Below, piece by piece: positions 45,900 through 61,490 of a DNA stretch of 64,000 nucleotides; the first letter of the stretch is position 1, and the number at the start of each line of letters is the position of its first letter. The notes beneath the pieces are model-generated. The model did not search any database, was not told the DNA's origin, and was given only the letters and a program-made list of their open reading frames with translations. The position numbers were made by a program, and so were the translations under genes. Origin of the DNA: Centroscyllium fabricii (Eukaryota); the NCBI GenBank assembly GCA_051313645.2, contig JBNRSN020000031.1, positions 3,286,001 to 3,350,000 of the forward strand, in the 5' to 3' direction.

Positions 45900-47660
45900 G
45901 GAGGACTACCTATTATATTCAGGTAATCAGAAGCTGAATTATCATTGGACCAAAGGCGTCTGTAAGGACTACTATTGTATTCACGTAATCACATGCTGAG
46001 TTATCATTGGCCCACAGGCATCTCTAAGGACTACCTATTATATTTACATAATCACATGCTGAGTTATCATTGGCCTACAGGCATCTGGAAGGTCTACCTA
46101 TTATATTCACGTAATCACATGCTGAGTTATCATTGGCCCACAGGCATCTGGAAGGACTACCTATTATATTCACGTAATCACATGCTGAATTATCATTGGA
46201 CCAAAGGCATCTGTAAGGACTACCTATTATATTCACGTAATCACATGTTGAGTTATCATTGGCCCACAGGAATCTGTAAGGACTACCTATTATATTCACG
46301 TAATCACAAGCTGAATTATCATTGCCCACAGGCATCCGTAAGGACTACCTATTATATTCACGTAATCACATGCTGAGTTATCATTGGCCCACTGGCATCT
46401 GTAAGGACTACTATGGTATTCACTTAACCACATGCTGAGTTATCATTGGCCGCAGGCATCTGTAAGGACTACCTATTATATTCACGTAATCACATGCTGA
46501 GTTATCATTGGCCCACAGGCATCTGTATGGACCACCTATTATATTCACGTAATCACATGCTGAGTTATCATTGGCCCACAGGCATCTGTAAGGACTACCT
46601 ATTATATTCACGAAATCACATGCTGAGTTATCATTGGCCCACAGGCAACTGGAAGGACTACCTATTATATTCACGTAATCACATGCTGGATTTTCATTGG
46701 CCCACAGGCATCTGTAAGGACTACCTATTATATTCACGTAATCACATGCTGAGTTATCATTGGCCCACAGGCATCTGTAAGGACTACCTATTATATTCAC
46801 GTAATCACATGCTGAGTTATCATTGGCCCACAGGCATCTGGATGGACTACCTATTATATTCACGTAATCACATGCTGAATTATCATTGGACCAAAGTCAT
46901 CTATAAGGACTACTATTGTATTCACGTAATCACATGCTGAGTTATCATTGGCCCACAGGCATCTCTAAGGACTACCTATTATATTTACGTAATCACATGC
47001 TGAGTTATCATTGGCCTACAGGCATCTGGAAGGACTACCTTTTATATTCACGTAATCACATGCTGAGTTATCATTGGCCCACAGGCATCTGGAAGAACTA
47101 CCTATTATATTCACGTAATCACATGCTGAATTATCATTGGAACAAAGGCATCTGTAAGGACTACCTATTATATTCACGTAATCACATGTTGAGTTATCAT
47201 TGGCCCATAGGAATCTGTAAGGACTACCTATTAAATTCACGTAATCACAAGCTGAATTATCATTGCCCACAGGCATCTGTAAGGACTACCTATTATATCC
47301 ACGTAATCACATGCTAAGTTATCATTGGCCCACTGGCATCTGTAAGGACTACTATTGTATTCACTTAACCACATGCTGAGTTATCATTGGCCGCAGGCAT
47401 CTGTAAGGACCACCTATTATATTCACGTAATCACATGCTGAGTTATCATTGGCCCACAGGCATCTGTATGGACCACCTATTATATTCACGTAATCACATG
47501 CAGAGTTTTCATTGGCCCACAGGCATCTGTAAGGACTACCTATTATATTCACGTAATCACATGCTGAGTTATCATTGGCCCACAGGCATCTGTAAGGACT
47601 ACCTATTATATTCACGTAATCACATGCTGAATTATCATTGGACCAAAGGCATCTGTAAGG
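45900..47660. repeat. Imperfect repeat at a 941-bp period (15 monomers)
   Basis: ORF pairs 45975/46916, 46075/47016 and 46420/47361 are offset by 941. The second copy is closer in variants to 41.9-42.6 and 44.2-45.0 kb. Confidence 0.75.
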
Positions 47661-47999
47661 ACTACTATTGTATTCACGTAATCACATGCTGAGATATCAT
47701 TGGCCCACAGGCATCTGTAAGGACTACCTATTATATTTACGTAATCACATGCTGAGTTATCATTGCCCCACAGGCTTCTGGAAGGACTACCTATTATATT
47801 CACGTAATCACATGCTGAGTTATCATTGGCCCACAGGCATCTGGAAGGACTACCTATTATATTCACGTAATCACATGCTGAGTTATCATTGGCCCACAGG
47901 CATCTGTAAGGACTACCTGTTATATTCACGTAATCACATGCTGAGTTATCATTGGCCAACAGGCATTTGTAAGGACTACCTATTATATTCACGTAATCA

Positions 48000-50900
48000 C
48001 ATGCTGAGATATCATTGGCCCACAGGCATCTGTAAGGACTACCTATTATATACACGTAATCACATGCTGAGTTATCATTGGCCCACAGGCATCTGGAAGG
48101 GCTACCTATTATATTCACGTTATCACATGCTGAGTTATCATTGGCCCACAGGCATCTGTAAGGACTACCTATTATATTCAGATAATCACATGCTGAATTA
48201 TCATTGGCCCACAATCATCTGTAAGGACAACCTGTTATATTCACGTAATCACATGCTGAGTTATCATTGGCCCACAGGCATCTGTAAGGACTACCTATTA
48301 TATTCACGTAATCACATGCTGAGATATCATTGGCCCACAGGCATCTGTAAGGACTACCTATTATATTCACGTAATCACATGCTGAGTTATCATTGGCCCA
48401 CAGGCAGCTGTAAGGACTACCTATTATATTCACGTAATCACATGCTGAATTATCATTGGCCCACAGTCATCTGTAAGGACTACCTATTATATTCACGTAA
48501 TCACATGCTGAGTTATCATTGGCCCACAGTCATCTGTAAGGACTACCTATTATATTCACGTAATCACATGCTGAGATATCATTGGCCCACAGGCATCTGT
48601 AAGGGCTACATATTATATTCAAGTAATCACATGCTAAGTTATCAATGGCCCACAGGCATCTGTAAGGAATACCTATAATATTCACATAATCACATGCTGA
48701 ATTATCATTGGCCCACAGGCATCTGTAAGGACTACCTATTATATTCACGTAATCACATGTTGAGTTATCATTGGCCCACAGGAATCTGTAAGGAATACCT
48801 ATTATATTCACGTAATCACAAGCTGAATTATCATTGCCCACAGGCATCTGTAAGGACTACCTATTATATTCACGTAATCACATTCTGACTTATCATTGGC
48901 CCACTGGCATCTGTAAGGACTACTATTGTATTCACTTAACCACATGCTGAGTTATCATTGGCCGCAGGCGTCTGTAAGGACCACCTATTATATTTACGTA
49001 ATCACATGCTGAGTTATCATTGGCCCACAGGCATCTGTATGGACCACCTCTTATATTCACGTAATCACATGCTGAGTTATCATTGGCCCACAGGCATCTG
49101 GAAGGACTACTTATTACATTCACGTAATCACATGCTGAATTATCATTGGACCAAAGGCATCTGTAAGGACGACTATTGTATTCACGTAATCACATGCTGA
49201 GATATCATTGGCCCACAGGAATCTGTAAGGACTACATATTATATTTACGTAATCACATGCTGAGTTATCATTGGCCCACAGGCTTCTGGAAGGACTACCT
49301 ATTATATTCACATAATCACATGCTGAATTATCATTGGACCAAAGGCATCTGTAAGGAATACGTATTATATTCAAGTAATCACTTGTTGAGTTATCATTGG
49401 CCCACAGGCATCTGGAAGGACTTCCTATTATATTCACGTAATCACATGCTGAATTATCATTGGACCCTAGGCATCTGTAAGGACTTCCTATTATTTTCAC
49501 GTAATCACGTGCTGAGATATCATTGGCCCACAGGCATCTGTAAGGACTACCTATTATATAAACGTAATCACATGCTGAGTTATCATTGGCCCACAGGCAT
49601 CTGGAAGGACTACCTATTATATTCACGTTATCACATGCTGAGTTATCATTGGCCCACAGGCATCTGTAAGGACTACCTATTATATTCAGATAATCACATG
49701 CTGAATTATCATTGGCCCACAATCATCTGTAAGGACAACCTGTTATATTCACGTAATCACATGCTGAGTTATCATTGGCCCACAGGCATCTGTAAGGACT
49801 ACCTATTATATTAACGTAATCACATGCTGAGATATCATTGGCCCACAGGCATCTGTAAGGAGTACCTATTATATTCACGTAATCACATGCTGAGTTATCA
49901 TTGGCCCACAGGCAGCTGTAAGGACTACCTATTATATTCACGTAATCACATGCTGAATTATCATTGGCCCACAGTCATCTGTAAGGACTACCTATTATAT
50001 TCACGTAATCACATGCTGAGTTATCATTGGCCCACAGTCATCTGTAAGGACTACCTATTATATTCACGTAATCACATGCTGAGATATCATTGGCCCACAG
50101 GCATCTGTAAGGGCTACCTATTATATTCAAGTAATCACATGCTAAGTTATCAATGGCCCACAGGCATCTGTAAGGAATACCTATAATATTCACGTAATCA
50201 CATGCTGAATTATCATTGGCCCACAGGCATCTGTAAGGACTACCTATTATATTCACGTAATCACATGTTGAGTTATCATTGGCCCACAGGAATCTGTAAG
50301 GAATACCTATTATATTCACGTAATCACAAGCTGAATTATCATTGCCCACAGGCATCTGTAAGGACTACCTATTATATTCACGTAATCACATTCTGACTTA
50401 TCATTGGCCCACTGGCATCTGTAAGGACTACTATTGTATTCACTTAACCACATGCTGAGTTATCATTGGCCGCAGGCGTCTGTAAGGACCACCTATTATA
50501 TTTACGTAATCACATGCTGAGTTATCATTGGCCCACAGGCATCTGTATGGACCACCTCTTATATTCACGTAATCACATGCTGAGTTATCATTGGCCCACA
50601 GGCATCTGGAAGGACTACCTATTACATTCACGTAATCACATGCTGAATTATCATTGGACCAAAGGCATCTGTAAGGACGACTATTGTATTCACGTAATCA
50701 CATGCTGAGATATCATTGGCCCACAGGAATCTGTAAGGACTACATATTATATTTACGTAATCACATGCTGAGTTATCATTGGCCCACAGGCTTCTGGAAG
50801 GACTACCTATTATATTCACATAATCACATGCTGAATTATCATTGGACCAAAGGCATCTGTAAGGAATACGTATTATATTCAAGTAATCACTTGTTGAGTT

Positions 50901-51020
50901 ATCATTGGCCCACAGGCATCTGGAAGGACTTCCTATTATATTCACGTAATCACATGCTGAATTATCATAGGACCCTAGGCATCTGTAAGGACTTCCTATT
51001 ATTTTCACGTAATCACATGC
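48000..51020. repeat. Tandem duplication of a 1508-bp unit (24 monomers)
   Basis: ORF pairs 48215/49723, 48530/50038, 48694/50202, 48958/50466 and 49176/50684. Shared private variants include CACATTCTGACTT and GGACCCTAGGC. Confidence 0.92.
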
Positions 51021-53299
51021 TGAGTTATCATTGGCCCACTGGCATCTGTAAGGACTACTATTGTATTCACTTAACCACATGCTGAGTTATCATTGGCCGC
51101 AGGCATCTGTAAGGACTACCCATTATATTCACGTAATCACATGCTGATTTATCATTGGCCCACAGTCATCTGTAAGGACAACTATTGTATTCACGTAATC
51201 AAATGCTGAGTTATCATTGGCCAACAGGCATCTGTAAAGACGTCCTATTATATTCACGTAATCACATGATGAGTTATCATTGGCCCACAGGCATCTTTAA
51301 GGACTACTATTGTAATCATGTAACCAAATGCTGAGTTATCATTGGCCCACAGGCATCTGTAAGGACTACTATTGTATTCAAGTAATCACATGCTGAGTTA
51401 TCATTGGCCCGCAGGCATCTGTAAGGACTACCTATTATATTCACGTAATCACACGCTGGGTTATCATTGGCCCACAGGCATCTGTAAGGACTACTATTAT
51501 ACTCACGTAATCGCATGCTGAGTTATCATTGGCCCACTGGCATCTTTAAGGACGACTATTGTATTCACGTAATCAAATGCTGAGTTATCATTGCCCCCAG
51601 GCATCTGTATGGTCTACTATTGTATTCACGTAATCACATGCTGAGTTATCATTGGCCCACAAGCATCTGTAAGGACTACCTATTATATTCACGTAATCAC
51701 ATGCTGAATTATCATTGGCCCACAGTCATCTGAAAGGAATACCTATTATATTCACGTAATCACATGCTGAGTTATCATTGGCCCACAGTCATCTGTAAGG
51801 ACTACCTATTATATTCACGTAATCACATGCTGAATTATCATTGGCCCACAGGCATCTGTAAGGACTACCTATTATATTCACGTAATCACATGCTGAATTA
51901 TCATTGGCCCACAGGCATCTGTAAGGACTACCTATTATATTCACGTAATCACATGCTGAGTTATCATTGGCCCACAGGCATCTGTAAGGACTACCTATTA
52001 TATTCACGTAATCACATGCTCAGTTATCATTGGCCCACAGGCATCTGGAAGGACTACCTATTATATTCAGGTAACCAGATGCTGAATTATCATTGGCCCA
52101 CAGGCATCTGTAAAGACTACTATTATATTCACGTAATAACATGCTGAGTTATCATTGGCCCACTGACATCGGTAAGGACGACTATTGTATTCACGTAATC
52201 AAATGCTGAGTTATCATTGGCCCCCAGGCATCTGTATGGTCTACTATTGTATTCACGTAATCACATGCTGAGTTAGCATTGGCCCGCAGGCATCTGTAAG
52301 AACTACTATTATATTCACGTAATCATATGCCGAGTTATCATTGGCCCACAGGCATCTGTAAGGACTACCTATTATATTCACGTAATCGCATGCTGAGTTA
52401 TCATTGGCACACAAGCATCTGTAAGGACTATCTATTATAATCACGTAATCACATGCTGAGTTATCATTGGCCCACAGGCATCTGTAAGGACTACCTATTA
52501 TATACACGTAATCACATGCTGAGATATCATTGGCCAACAGGCATCTGTAAGGACTACCAATTATTTTCACGTTATCATATGCTGAGTTATCATCGGCCAA
52601 CAGACATCTGTAAGGACTACCTATTGTATTCAAGTAATCACATGCTGAGTTATCATTGGCCCACAGGCATCTGGAAGGACTACCTATTATATTCACGTAA
52701 TCACATGCTGAATTATCATTGGACCAAAGGCATCTGTAAGGACAGCCTATTATATTCACGTAATCACATGTTGAGTTATCATTGGCCCACAGGCATCTGT
52801 AAGGACTACTTATTATATTCACGTAATCACATGCTGAGTTATCATTGGCCCACAGGCATCTGGAAGGACTACCTATTATATTCACGTAATCACATGCTGA
52901 GTTATCATTGGCCCACAGGCATCTGTAAGGACTACCTATTATATTCAGGTAATCACATGCTGAATTATCATTGGCCCACAGGCATCTGTAAGGACTACGT
53001 ATTATATTCACGTAATCACATGCTGAGTTATCATTGGCCCGCAGGCATCTGCAAGGACTACCTATTATGTTCACGTAATCACATGCTGAGTTATCATTAG
53101 CCACAGGCATCTGTAAAGACTACCTATTATATTCACGTAATCACATGCTGAGTTATCATTGGCCCAAAGGCATCTTCAAGGACTACCTTTTATATTCACG
53201 TAATCACATGCTGAATTATCATTGGCCCACAGGCATCTGTAAGGACAACCTGTTATATTCACGTAATCACATGCTGAGTTATCATTGACCCACATGCAT

Positions 53300-56080
53300 C
53301 TGTAAGGACTACCTATTATATTCACGTAATCACATGCTGAGATATCATTGGCCCACAGGCATCTGTAAGGACTACCTATTATATTCACGTAATCACATGA
53401 TGAGTTATCATCGGCCCACAGGCATCTGTAAGGACTACCTATTATATTCACGTAATCACATGCTGAATTATCATTTGCCCACAGTCATTTGTAAGGACTA
53501 CCTATTATATTCACGTAATCACATGCTGAGTTATCATTGGCCGACCAGCATCTGTAAAGATAACCTATTATATTCACGTAATCAAAGCTGAGATATCATT
53601 GGCCCACAGGCATCTGTAAGGACTACCGATTATATTCAGGTAATCACATGCTAAGTTATCATTGGCCCACAGGCATCCGTAAGGACTACCTATTATATTC
53701 ACGTAATCACATGCTGAATTATCATTGGCCCACAGGCATCTGTAAGGACTACCTATTATATTCACGTAATCAAATTCTGAGTTATCATTGGCCCACAGGC
53801 ATCTGTAAGGACTACTTATTATATTCAAGTAATCACATGCTGAGTTATCATTGGCCCACAGGCATCTGGAAGGACTACCTATTATATTCACGTAATCACA
53901 TGCTGAGTTATCATTGGCCTACAGGCATCTGTAAGGACTACCTATTATATTCAGGTAATTACATGCTGAATTATCATTGGCCCACAGGCATCTGTAAGGA
54001 CTACCTATTATATTCACGTAATCACATGCCGAGGTATCATTGGCCCGCAGGCATCTGCAAGGACTACCTATTATATTCACGTAATCACATGCTGAGTTAT
54101 CATTGGCCACAGGCATCTGTAAAGACTACCTATTATATTCACGTTATCACATGCTGAGTTATCATTGGCCCACAGGCATCTGTAAGGACTGCCTTTTATA
54201 TTCACGTAATCACATGCTGAATTATCATTGGCCCACAGGCATCTGTAAGGACAACCTGTTATATTCACGTAATCACATGCTGAGTTATCATTGGCCCACA
54301 GGCATCTGTAAGGACTACCTATTATATTCACGTAATCACATGCTGAGATATCATTGGCCCACAGGCATCTTTAAGGACTACCTATTATATTCACGTAATC
54401 ACACGCTGAGTTATCATTGGCCCACAGGCATCTGTAAGGACTACCTATTATATTCACGTAATCACATGCTGAATTATCATTGGCCCACAGTCATCTGTAA
54501 GGACTACCTATTATATTCATGTAATCACATGCTGTGGTATCATTGGCCCACAGGCATCTGTAAGGACTACCTATTATATTCACGTAATCAAAGCTGAGAT
54601 ATCATTGGCCCACAGGCATCTGTAAGGACTACCGATTATATTCACGTAATCACATGCTAAGTTATCATTGGCCCACAGGCATCTGTAAGGACTACCTATT
54701 ATATTCACGTAATCACATGCTGAGATATCATTGGCCCACAGGCATCTGTAAGGACTACCTATTATATTCACGTAATCACATGCTGAGTTATCATCGGCCC
54801 ACAGGCATCTGTAAGGACTACCTATTATATTCACGTAATCACATGCTGAATTATCATTTGCCCACAGTCATTTGTAAGGACTACCTATTATATTCACGTA
54901 ATCACATGCTGAGTTATCATTGGCCGACAGGCATCTGTAAAGATTACCTATTATATTCACGTAATCAAAGCTGAGATATCATTGGCCCACAGGCATCTGT
55001 AAGGACTACCGATTATATTCAGGTAATCACATGCTAAGTTATCATTGGCCCACAGGCATCCGTAAGGACTACCTATTATATTCACGTAATCACATGCTGA
55101 ATTATCATTGGCCCACAGGCATCTGTAAGGACTACCTATTATATTCACGTAATCAAATTCTGAGTTATCATTGGCCCACAGGCATCTGTAAGGACTACTT
55201 ATTATATTCAAGTAATCACATGCTGAGTTATCATTGGCCCACAGGCATCTGGAAGGACTACCTATTATATTCACGTAATCACATGCTGAGTTATCATTGG
55301 CCTACAGGCATCTGTAAGGACTACCTATTATATTCAGGTAATTACATGCTGAATTATCATTGGCCCACAGGCATCTGTAAGGACTACCTATTATATTCAC
55401 GTAATCACATGCCGAGGTATCATTGGCCCGCAGGCATCTGCAAGGACTACCTATTATATTCACGTAATCACATGCTGAGTTATCATTGGCCACAGGCATC
55501 TGTAAAGACTACCTATTATATTCACGTTATCACATGCTGAGTTATCATTGGCCCACAGGCATCTGTAAGGACTGCCTTTTATATTCACGTAATCACATGC
55601 TGAATTATCATTGGCCCACAGGCATCTGTAAGGACAACCTGTTATATTCACGTAATCACATGCTGAGTTATCATTGGCCCACAGGCATCTGTAAGGACTA
55701 CCTATTATATTCACGTAATCACATGCTGAGATATCATTGGCACACAGGCATCTTTAAGGACTACCTATTATATTCACGTAATCACACGCTGAGTTATCAT
55801 TGGCCCACAGGCATCTGTAAGGACTACCTATTATATTCACGTAATCACATGCTGAATTATCATTGGCCCACAGTCATCTGTAAGGACTACCTATTATATT
55901 CATGTAATCACATGCTGTGGTATCATTGGCCCACAGGCATCTGTAAGGACTACCTATTATATTCACGTAATCAAAGCTGAGATATCATTGGCCCACAGGC
56001 ATCTGTAAGGACTACCGATTATATTCACGTAATCACATGCTAAGTTATCATTGGCCCACAGGCATCTGTAAGGACTACCT
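53300..56080. repeat. Tandem duplication of a 1383-bp unit (22 monomers)
   Basis: ORF pairs 53574/54957, 53648/55031 (identical proteins), 53919/55302, 54103/55486 and 54580/55963. Confidence 0.93.
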
Positions 56081-59000
56081 ATTATATTCATGTAATTACA
56101 TGATGAATTATCATTGGCCCACAGGCATCTGTAAGGACTACCTATTATATTCACGTAATCACATGCTGAGTTATCATTGGCCCACAGGCATCTGTAAGGA
56201 CTACCTATTATATTCACGTAATCACATGCTGAGTTATCATTGGCCCACAGGCATCTGGAAGGACTACCTATTATATTCACGTAATCACATGCTGAATTAT
56301 CATTGGCCCACAGGCATCTGGAAGGACTACCTATTATATTCACGTAATCACATGCTGAATTATCATTGGACCAAAGGCATCTGTAAGGACTACCTATTAT
56401 ATTCACGTTATCACATGCTGAGTTATCATTGGCCCACAGGAATCTGTAAGGACTACCTATTATATTCACGTAATCACAAGCTGAATTATCATTGCCCACA
56501 GGCATCTGTAAGGACTACCTATTATATCCACGTAATCACATGCTGAGTTATCATTGGCCCACTGGCATCTGTAAGGACCACCTATTATATTCACGTAATC
56601 ACATGCTGAGTTATCATTGGCCCACAGGCATCTGTATGGACCACCTATTATATTCACGTAATCACATGCTGAGTTATCATTGGCCCACAGGCATCTGTAA
56701 GGACTACCTATTATATTCACGTAATCACATGCTGAGCTTTCATTTGCCCACAGGCATCTGGAAGGACAACCTATTATATTCACGTAAGCACATGCTGAAT
56801 TATCATTGGACCAAAGGCATCTGTAAAGACTACTATTGTATTCACGTAATCACATGCTGAGATATAATTGGCCCACAGGCATCTGTAAGGACTACCTATT
56901 ATATTTACGTAAACACATGCTGAGTTATCATTGGCCCACAGGCTTCTGGAAGGACTACCTATTATATTCACGTAATCACATGCTGAGTTATCATTGGCCC
57001 ACAGGCATCTGGAAGGACTACCTATTATATTCATGTAATCACATGCTGAATTATAATTGGACCAAAGGCATCTGTAAGGAATACCTATTATATTCACGGA
57101 ATCACTTGTTGAGTTATCATTGGCCCACAGGCATCTGTAAGGACTACCTATTATATTCACGTAATCACATGCTGAATTATCATTGCCCACAGGTATCTGT
57201 AAGGACTACCTATTATATTCACGTAATCACATGCTGAGTTATCATTGGCCCACTGGCATCTGTAAGGACTACTATTGTATTCACTTAACCACATGCTGAG
57301 TTATCATTGGCCGCAGGCATCTGTAAGGACTACCCATTATATTCACGTAATCACATGCTGAGTTATCATTGGCCCACAGGCATCTGTAAGGACTACTATT
57401 GTATTCATGTAATCAAATGCTGAGTTATCATTGGCCCACAGGCATCTGTAAGGACTACCTATTATATTCACGTAATCACATGCTGAGTTATCATTGGCTC
57501 ACAGGCATCTGTAAGGACTACCTGTTATATTCATGTAATCACATGCTGAGTTATCATTGGCCCACAGGCATTTGTAAGGACTACGTATTATATTCACGTA
57601 TTCACATGCTGAGTTATTATTGGCCCACAGGCATCTGTAAGGACTACCTATTATATTCATGTAATCACATGCTGAGATATCATTGGCCCACAGGCATCTG
57701 TAAGGACTACCTATTATATTCACGTAATCACATGCTGAGATATCATTTGCCCACAGGCATCTGTAAGGACTATCTATTATATTCAAGTAATCACATGCTA
57801 AGTTACCATTGGCCCACAGGCATCTGTAAGGACTACCTATTATATTCACGTAATCACATGCTGAATTATCATTGGCCCACAGGCATCTGTAATGACTACC
57901 TATTATATTTACGTAATCACATGCTGAGTTATCATTGGCCCGCAGGCATCTGTAAGGACTACCAATTATATTCACGTGATCACATGCTGATTTATCATTG
58001 GCCCACAGGCATCTGTAAGGACTACTATTATATTCACGTAGTCACAAGCTGAGTTACCATTGACCCACTGGCATCTGTAAGGACTACTAATGTATTCACG
58101 TAATGAAATGCTGAGTTATCATTTGCCCAGAGGCATCGGTAAGGACTACTATTGTATTCACGTAATCACATGCTGAGTTATCATTGGCCCACTGGCATCT
58201 GTAAGGGCTACCTATTATATTCACGTAATCACATGCTGAGTTATCATTGGCCCACAGGCATCTGTAAGGACTAAAATTATATTCACGTAATCATATGCTG
58301 AGTTATCATTGGCTCACAGGCATCTGTAAGGACTACCTATTATATTCAAGCAATCACATGCTGAGTTATCATTGGCCCACAGGCATCTGTAAGGACTACC
58401 TATTATAATCACGTAATCACATGCTGAGTTATCATTGGCCCACATGCATCTGTAAGGACTACCTATTATATTCACGTAATCACATGCTGAATTACATTGG
58501 CCCAAAGGCATTTGTAAGGACGACTATTGTATTCACGTAATCAAATGCTGAGTTATCATTGGCCCACAGCCATCTGTAAGGACTACCTATTATATTCAGG
58601 TAATCACATGCTGAATTATGATTGGCCCACAGGCATCTGTAAGGACTACCTATTATATTCACGTAATCGCATGCTGAGTTATCATTGGCCCACAGGCATC
58701 TGTAAGGACTACCTGTTATATTCACGTAATTACATGCTGAGTTCTCATTCGCCAACAGGCATTTGTAAGAACTACCTATTATATTCACGTATTCACATGC
58801 TGAGTTATCATTGGCCCACAGGTACCAGTAAGGACTACCTATTATATTCACGTAATCACATGCTGAGATATCATTGGCCCACAGGCATCTGTATGGACTA
58901 CCTATTATATTCACGTAATCACATGCTGAGTTATCATTGGCCCACAGGTATCTGTAAGGACTACCTATTAAATTCACGTAATCACATGCTGAGTTATCAT

Positions 59001-60179
59001 TGGCCCACAGGCATTTGGAAGGACTACCTATTATATTCACGTAATCACATGCTGAATTATCATTGGACCAAAGGCATCGGTAAGGACTACCTATTATATT
59101 CACGTAATCACATGTTGAGATATCATTGGCCCACAGGCATCTGTATGGATTACTTATTATATTCACGTAATCACATGCTGAGTTATCATTGGCCCACAGG
59201 CATCTGTAAGGACTACCTATTATATTCACGTAATCACATGCTGAGTTATCATTGGCCCACAGGCATCTGGAAGGACTACCTATTATATTCACGTAATCAC
59301 ATGCTGAAATATCATTGGACCAAAGGCATCTGTAAGGACTTCCTATTATATTCACGTAATCTCATGCTGAGTTATCATTGGCCCACAGGAATCTGTAAGG
59401 ACTACCTATTATATTCACGTAATCACAAGCTGAATTATCATTGCCTACAGGCATCTGTAAGGACTACCTATTATATTCACGTAATCACATGCTGAGTTAT
59501 CAATGGCCCACTGGCATCTGTAAGGACTACTATTGTATTCACTTAACCACATGCTGAGTTATTATTGGCCGCAGGCACCTGTAATGACTACCTATTATTT
59601 TCACGTAATCACATGCCGAGTTATCATTGGCCCACAGGCATCTGTATGGACCACGTATTATATTCACGTATTCACATGCTGAGTTATCATTGGCCCACAG
59701 GCATCTGTAAGGACTACCTATTATATTCACGTAATCACATGCTGAGTTATCATTGGCCCACAGGCATCTGGAAGGAGTACCTATAATATTCACGTAATCA
59801 CATGCTGAATTATCATTGGACCAAAGGCATCTGTAAGGACTAATATTGTATTCATGTAAACACATGCTGAGATATCATTGACCCACAGGCATCTGTAAGG
59901 ACTACCTATTATGCTTACGTAATCACATGCTGAGTTATCATTGGCCCACAGGCATCTGGAAGGACTAGCTATCATATTCACGTAATCACATGCTGAGTTA
60001 TCATTGGCCCACAGGCATCTGGAAGGACTACCTATTATATTCACGTAATCACATGCTGAATTATCATTGGTCCAAAGGCATCTGTAAGGACTACCTATTA
60101 TATTCACGTAATCACTTGTTGAGTTATCATTGGCCCACAGGCATCTGTAAGGACTACCTATTATATTCACGTAATCACA

Positions 60180-61490
60180 TGCTGAATTATCATTGGCCCG
60201 CAGGCATCTGTAAGGACTACCAATTATATTCACGTGATCACATGCTGAGTTATCATTGGCCCACAGCATCTGTAAGGACCACTATTGTTTTCACGTAATA
60301 AAATACTGAGTTATCATTGGCCCACAGGCATCTGTAAGGACTACCTATTATATTCAGGTAATAACATGCTGAATTATCATTGGCCCACAGACATCTGTAA
60401 GGACTACATATTATATTCACGTAATCACATGCTGAGTTATCATTGGCCCACAGGCATCTGTAAGGACTACCTGTTATATTCATGTAATCACATGCTGAGT
60501 TATCATTGGCACACAGGCATTTGTAAGGTCTCTGTATTATATTCACGTATTCACATGCTGAGTTATCATTGGCCCACAGGCATCTGTAAGGACTACCTAT
60601 TATATTCACGTAATCACATGCTGAATTATCATTGGCCCACAGGCAGCTGTAATGACTACCTATTATATTTACGTAATCACATGCTGAGTTATCATTGGCA
60701 TGCAGGCATCTGTAAGGACTACCAATTATATTCACGCGATCAAATGCTGAGTTATCATTGGCCCACAGGCATCTGTAAGGACCACTATTGTATTCACGTA
60801 ATCACATGCTGAATTACCATTGCCCACAGGTATCTGTAAGGGTTACCTATTATATTCACGTAATCACATGCTGAATTATCATTGGCCCGCAGGCATCTGT
60901 AAGGACTACCAATTATATTGACGTGATCACTTGCTGAGTTATCATTGGCCCACAGGCATCTGTAAGGACTACTATTGATTTCACGTAATCAAATGCTGAG
61001 TTATCATTGGCCCACAGACGTCTGTAAGGACTACCTTTTATATTCAGGTAATCACATGCTGAATTATCATTGGCCCACAGGCATCTGTAAGGACTACATA
61101 TTATATTCACGTAATCACATGCTGAGTTATCATTGGCCCACAGGCATCTGTAAGGACTACCTGTTATATTCATGTAATCACATGCTGAGTTATCATTGGC
61201 CCACAGGCATTTGTAAGGACTACGTATTATATTCACGTATTCACATGCTGAGTTATCATTGGCCCACAGGCATCTGTAAGGACTACCTATTATATTCACG
61301 TAATCACATGCTGAGATATCATTGGCCCACAGGCATCTGTAATGACTACCTATTATATTTACGTAATCACATGCTGAATTATCATTGGCCCGCAGGCATC
61401 TGTAAGGACTACCAATTATATTCACGTGATCACATGCTGAGTTATCATTGGCCCACAGGCATCTGTAAGGACTACTATTGTACTCAATTA
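60180..61490. repeat. Diverged tandem duplication, period 690 bp (11 monomers)
   Basis: ORFs 60285..60812 and 60975..61502 (both 175 aa) show the same variant order with several substitutions. Confidence 0.78.
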
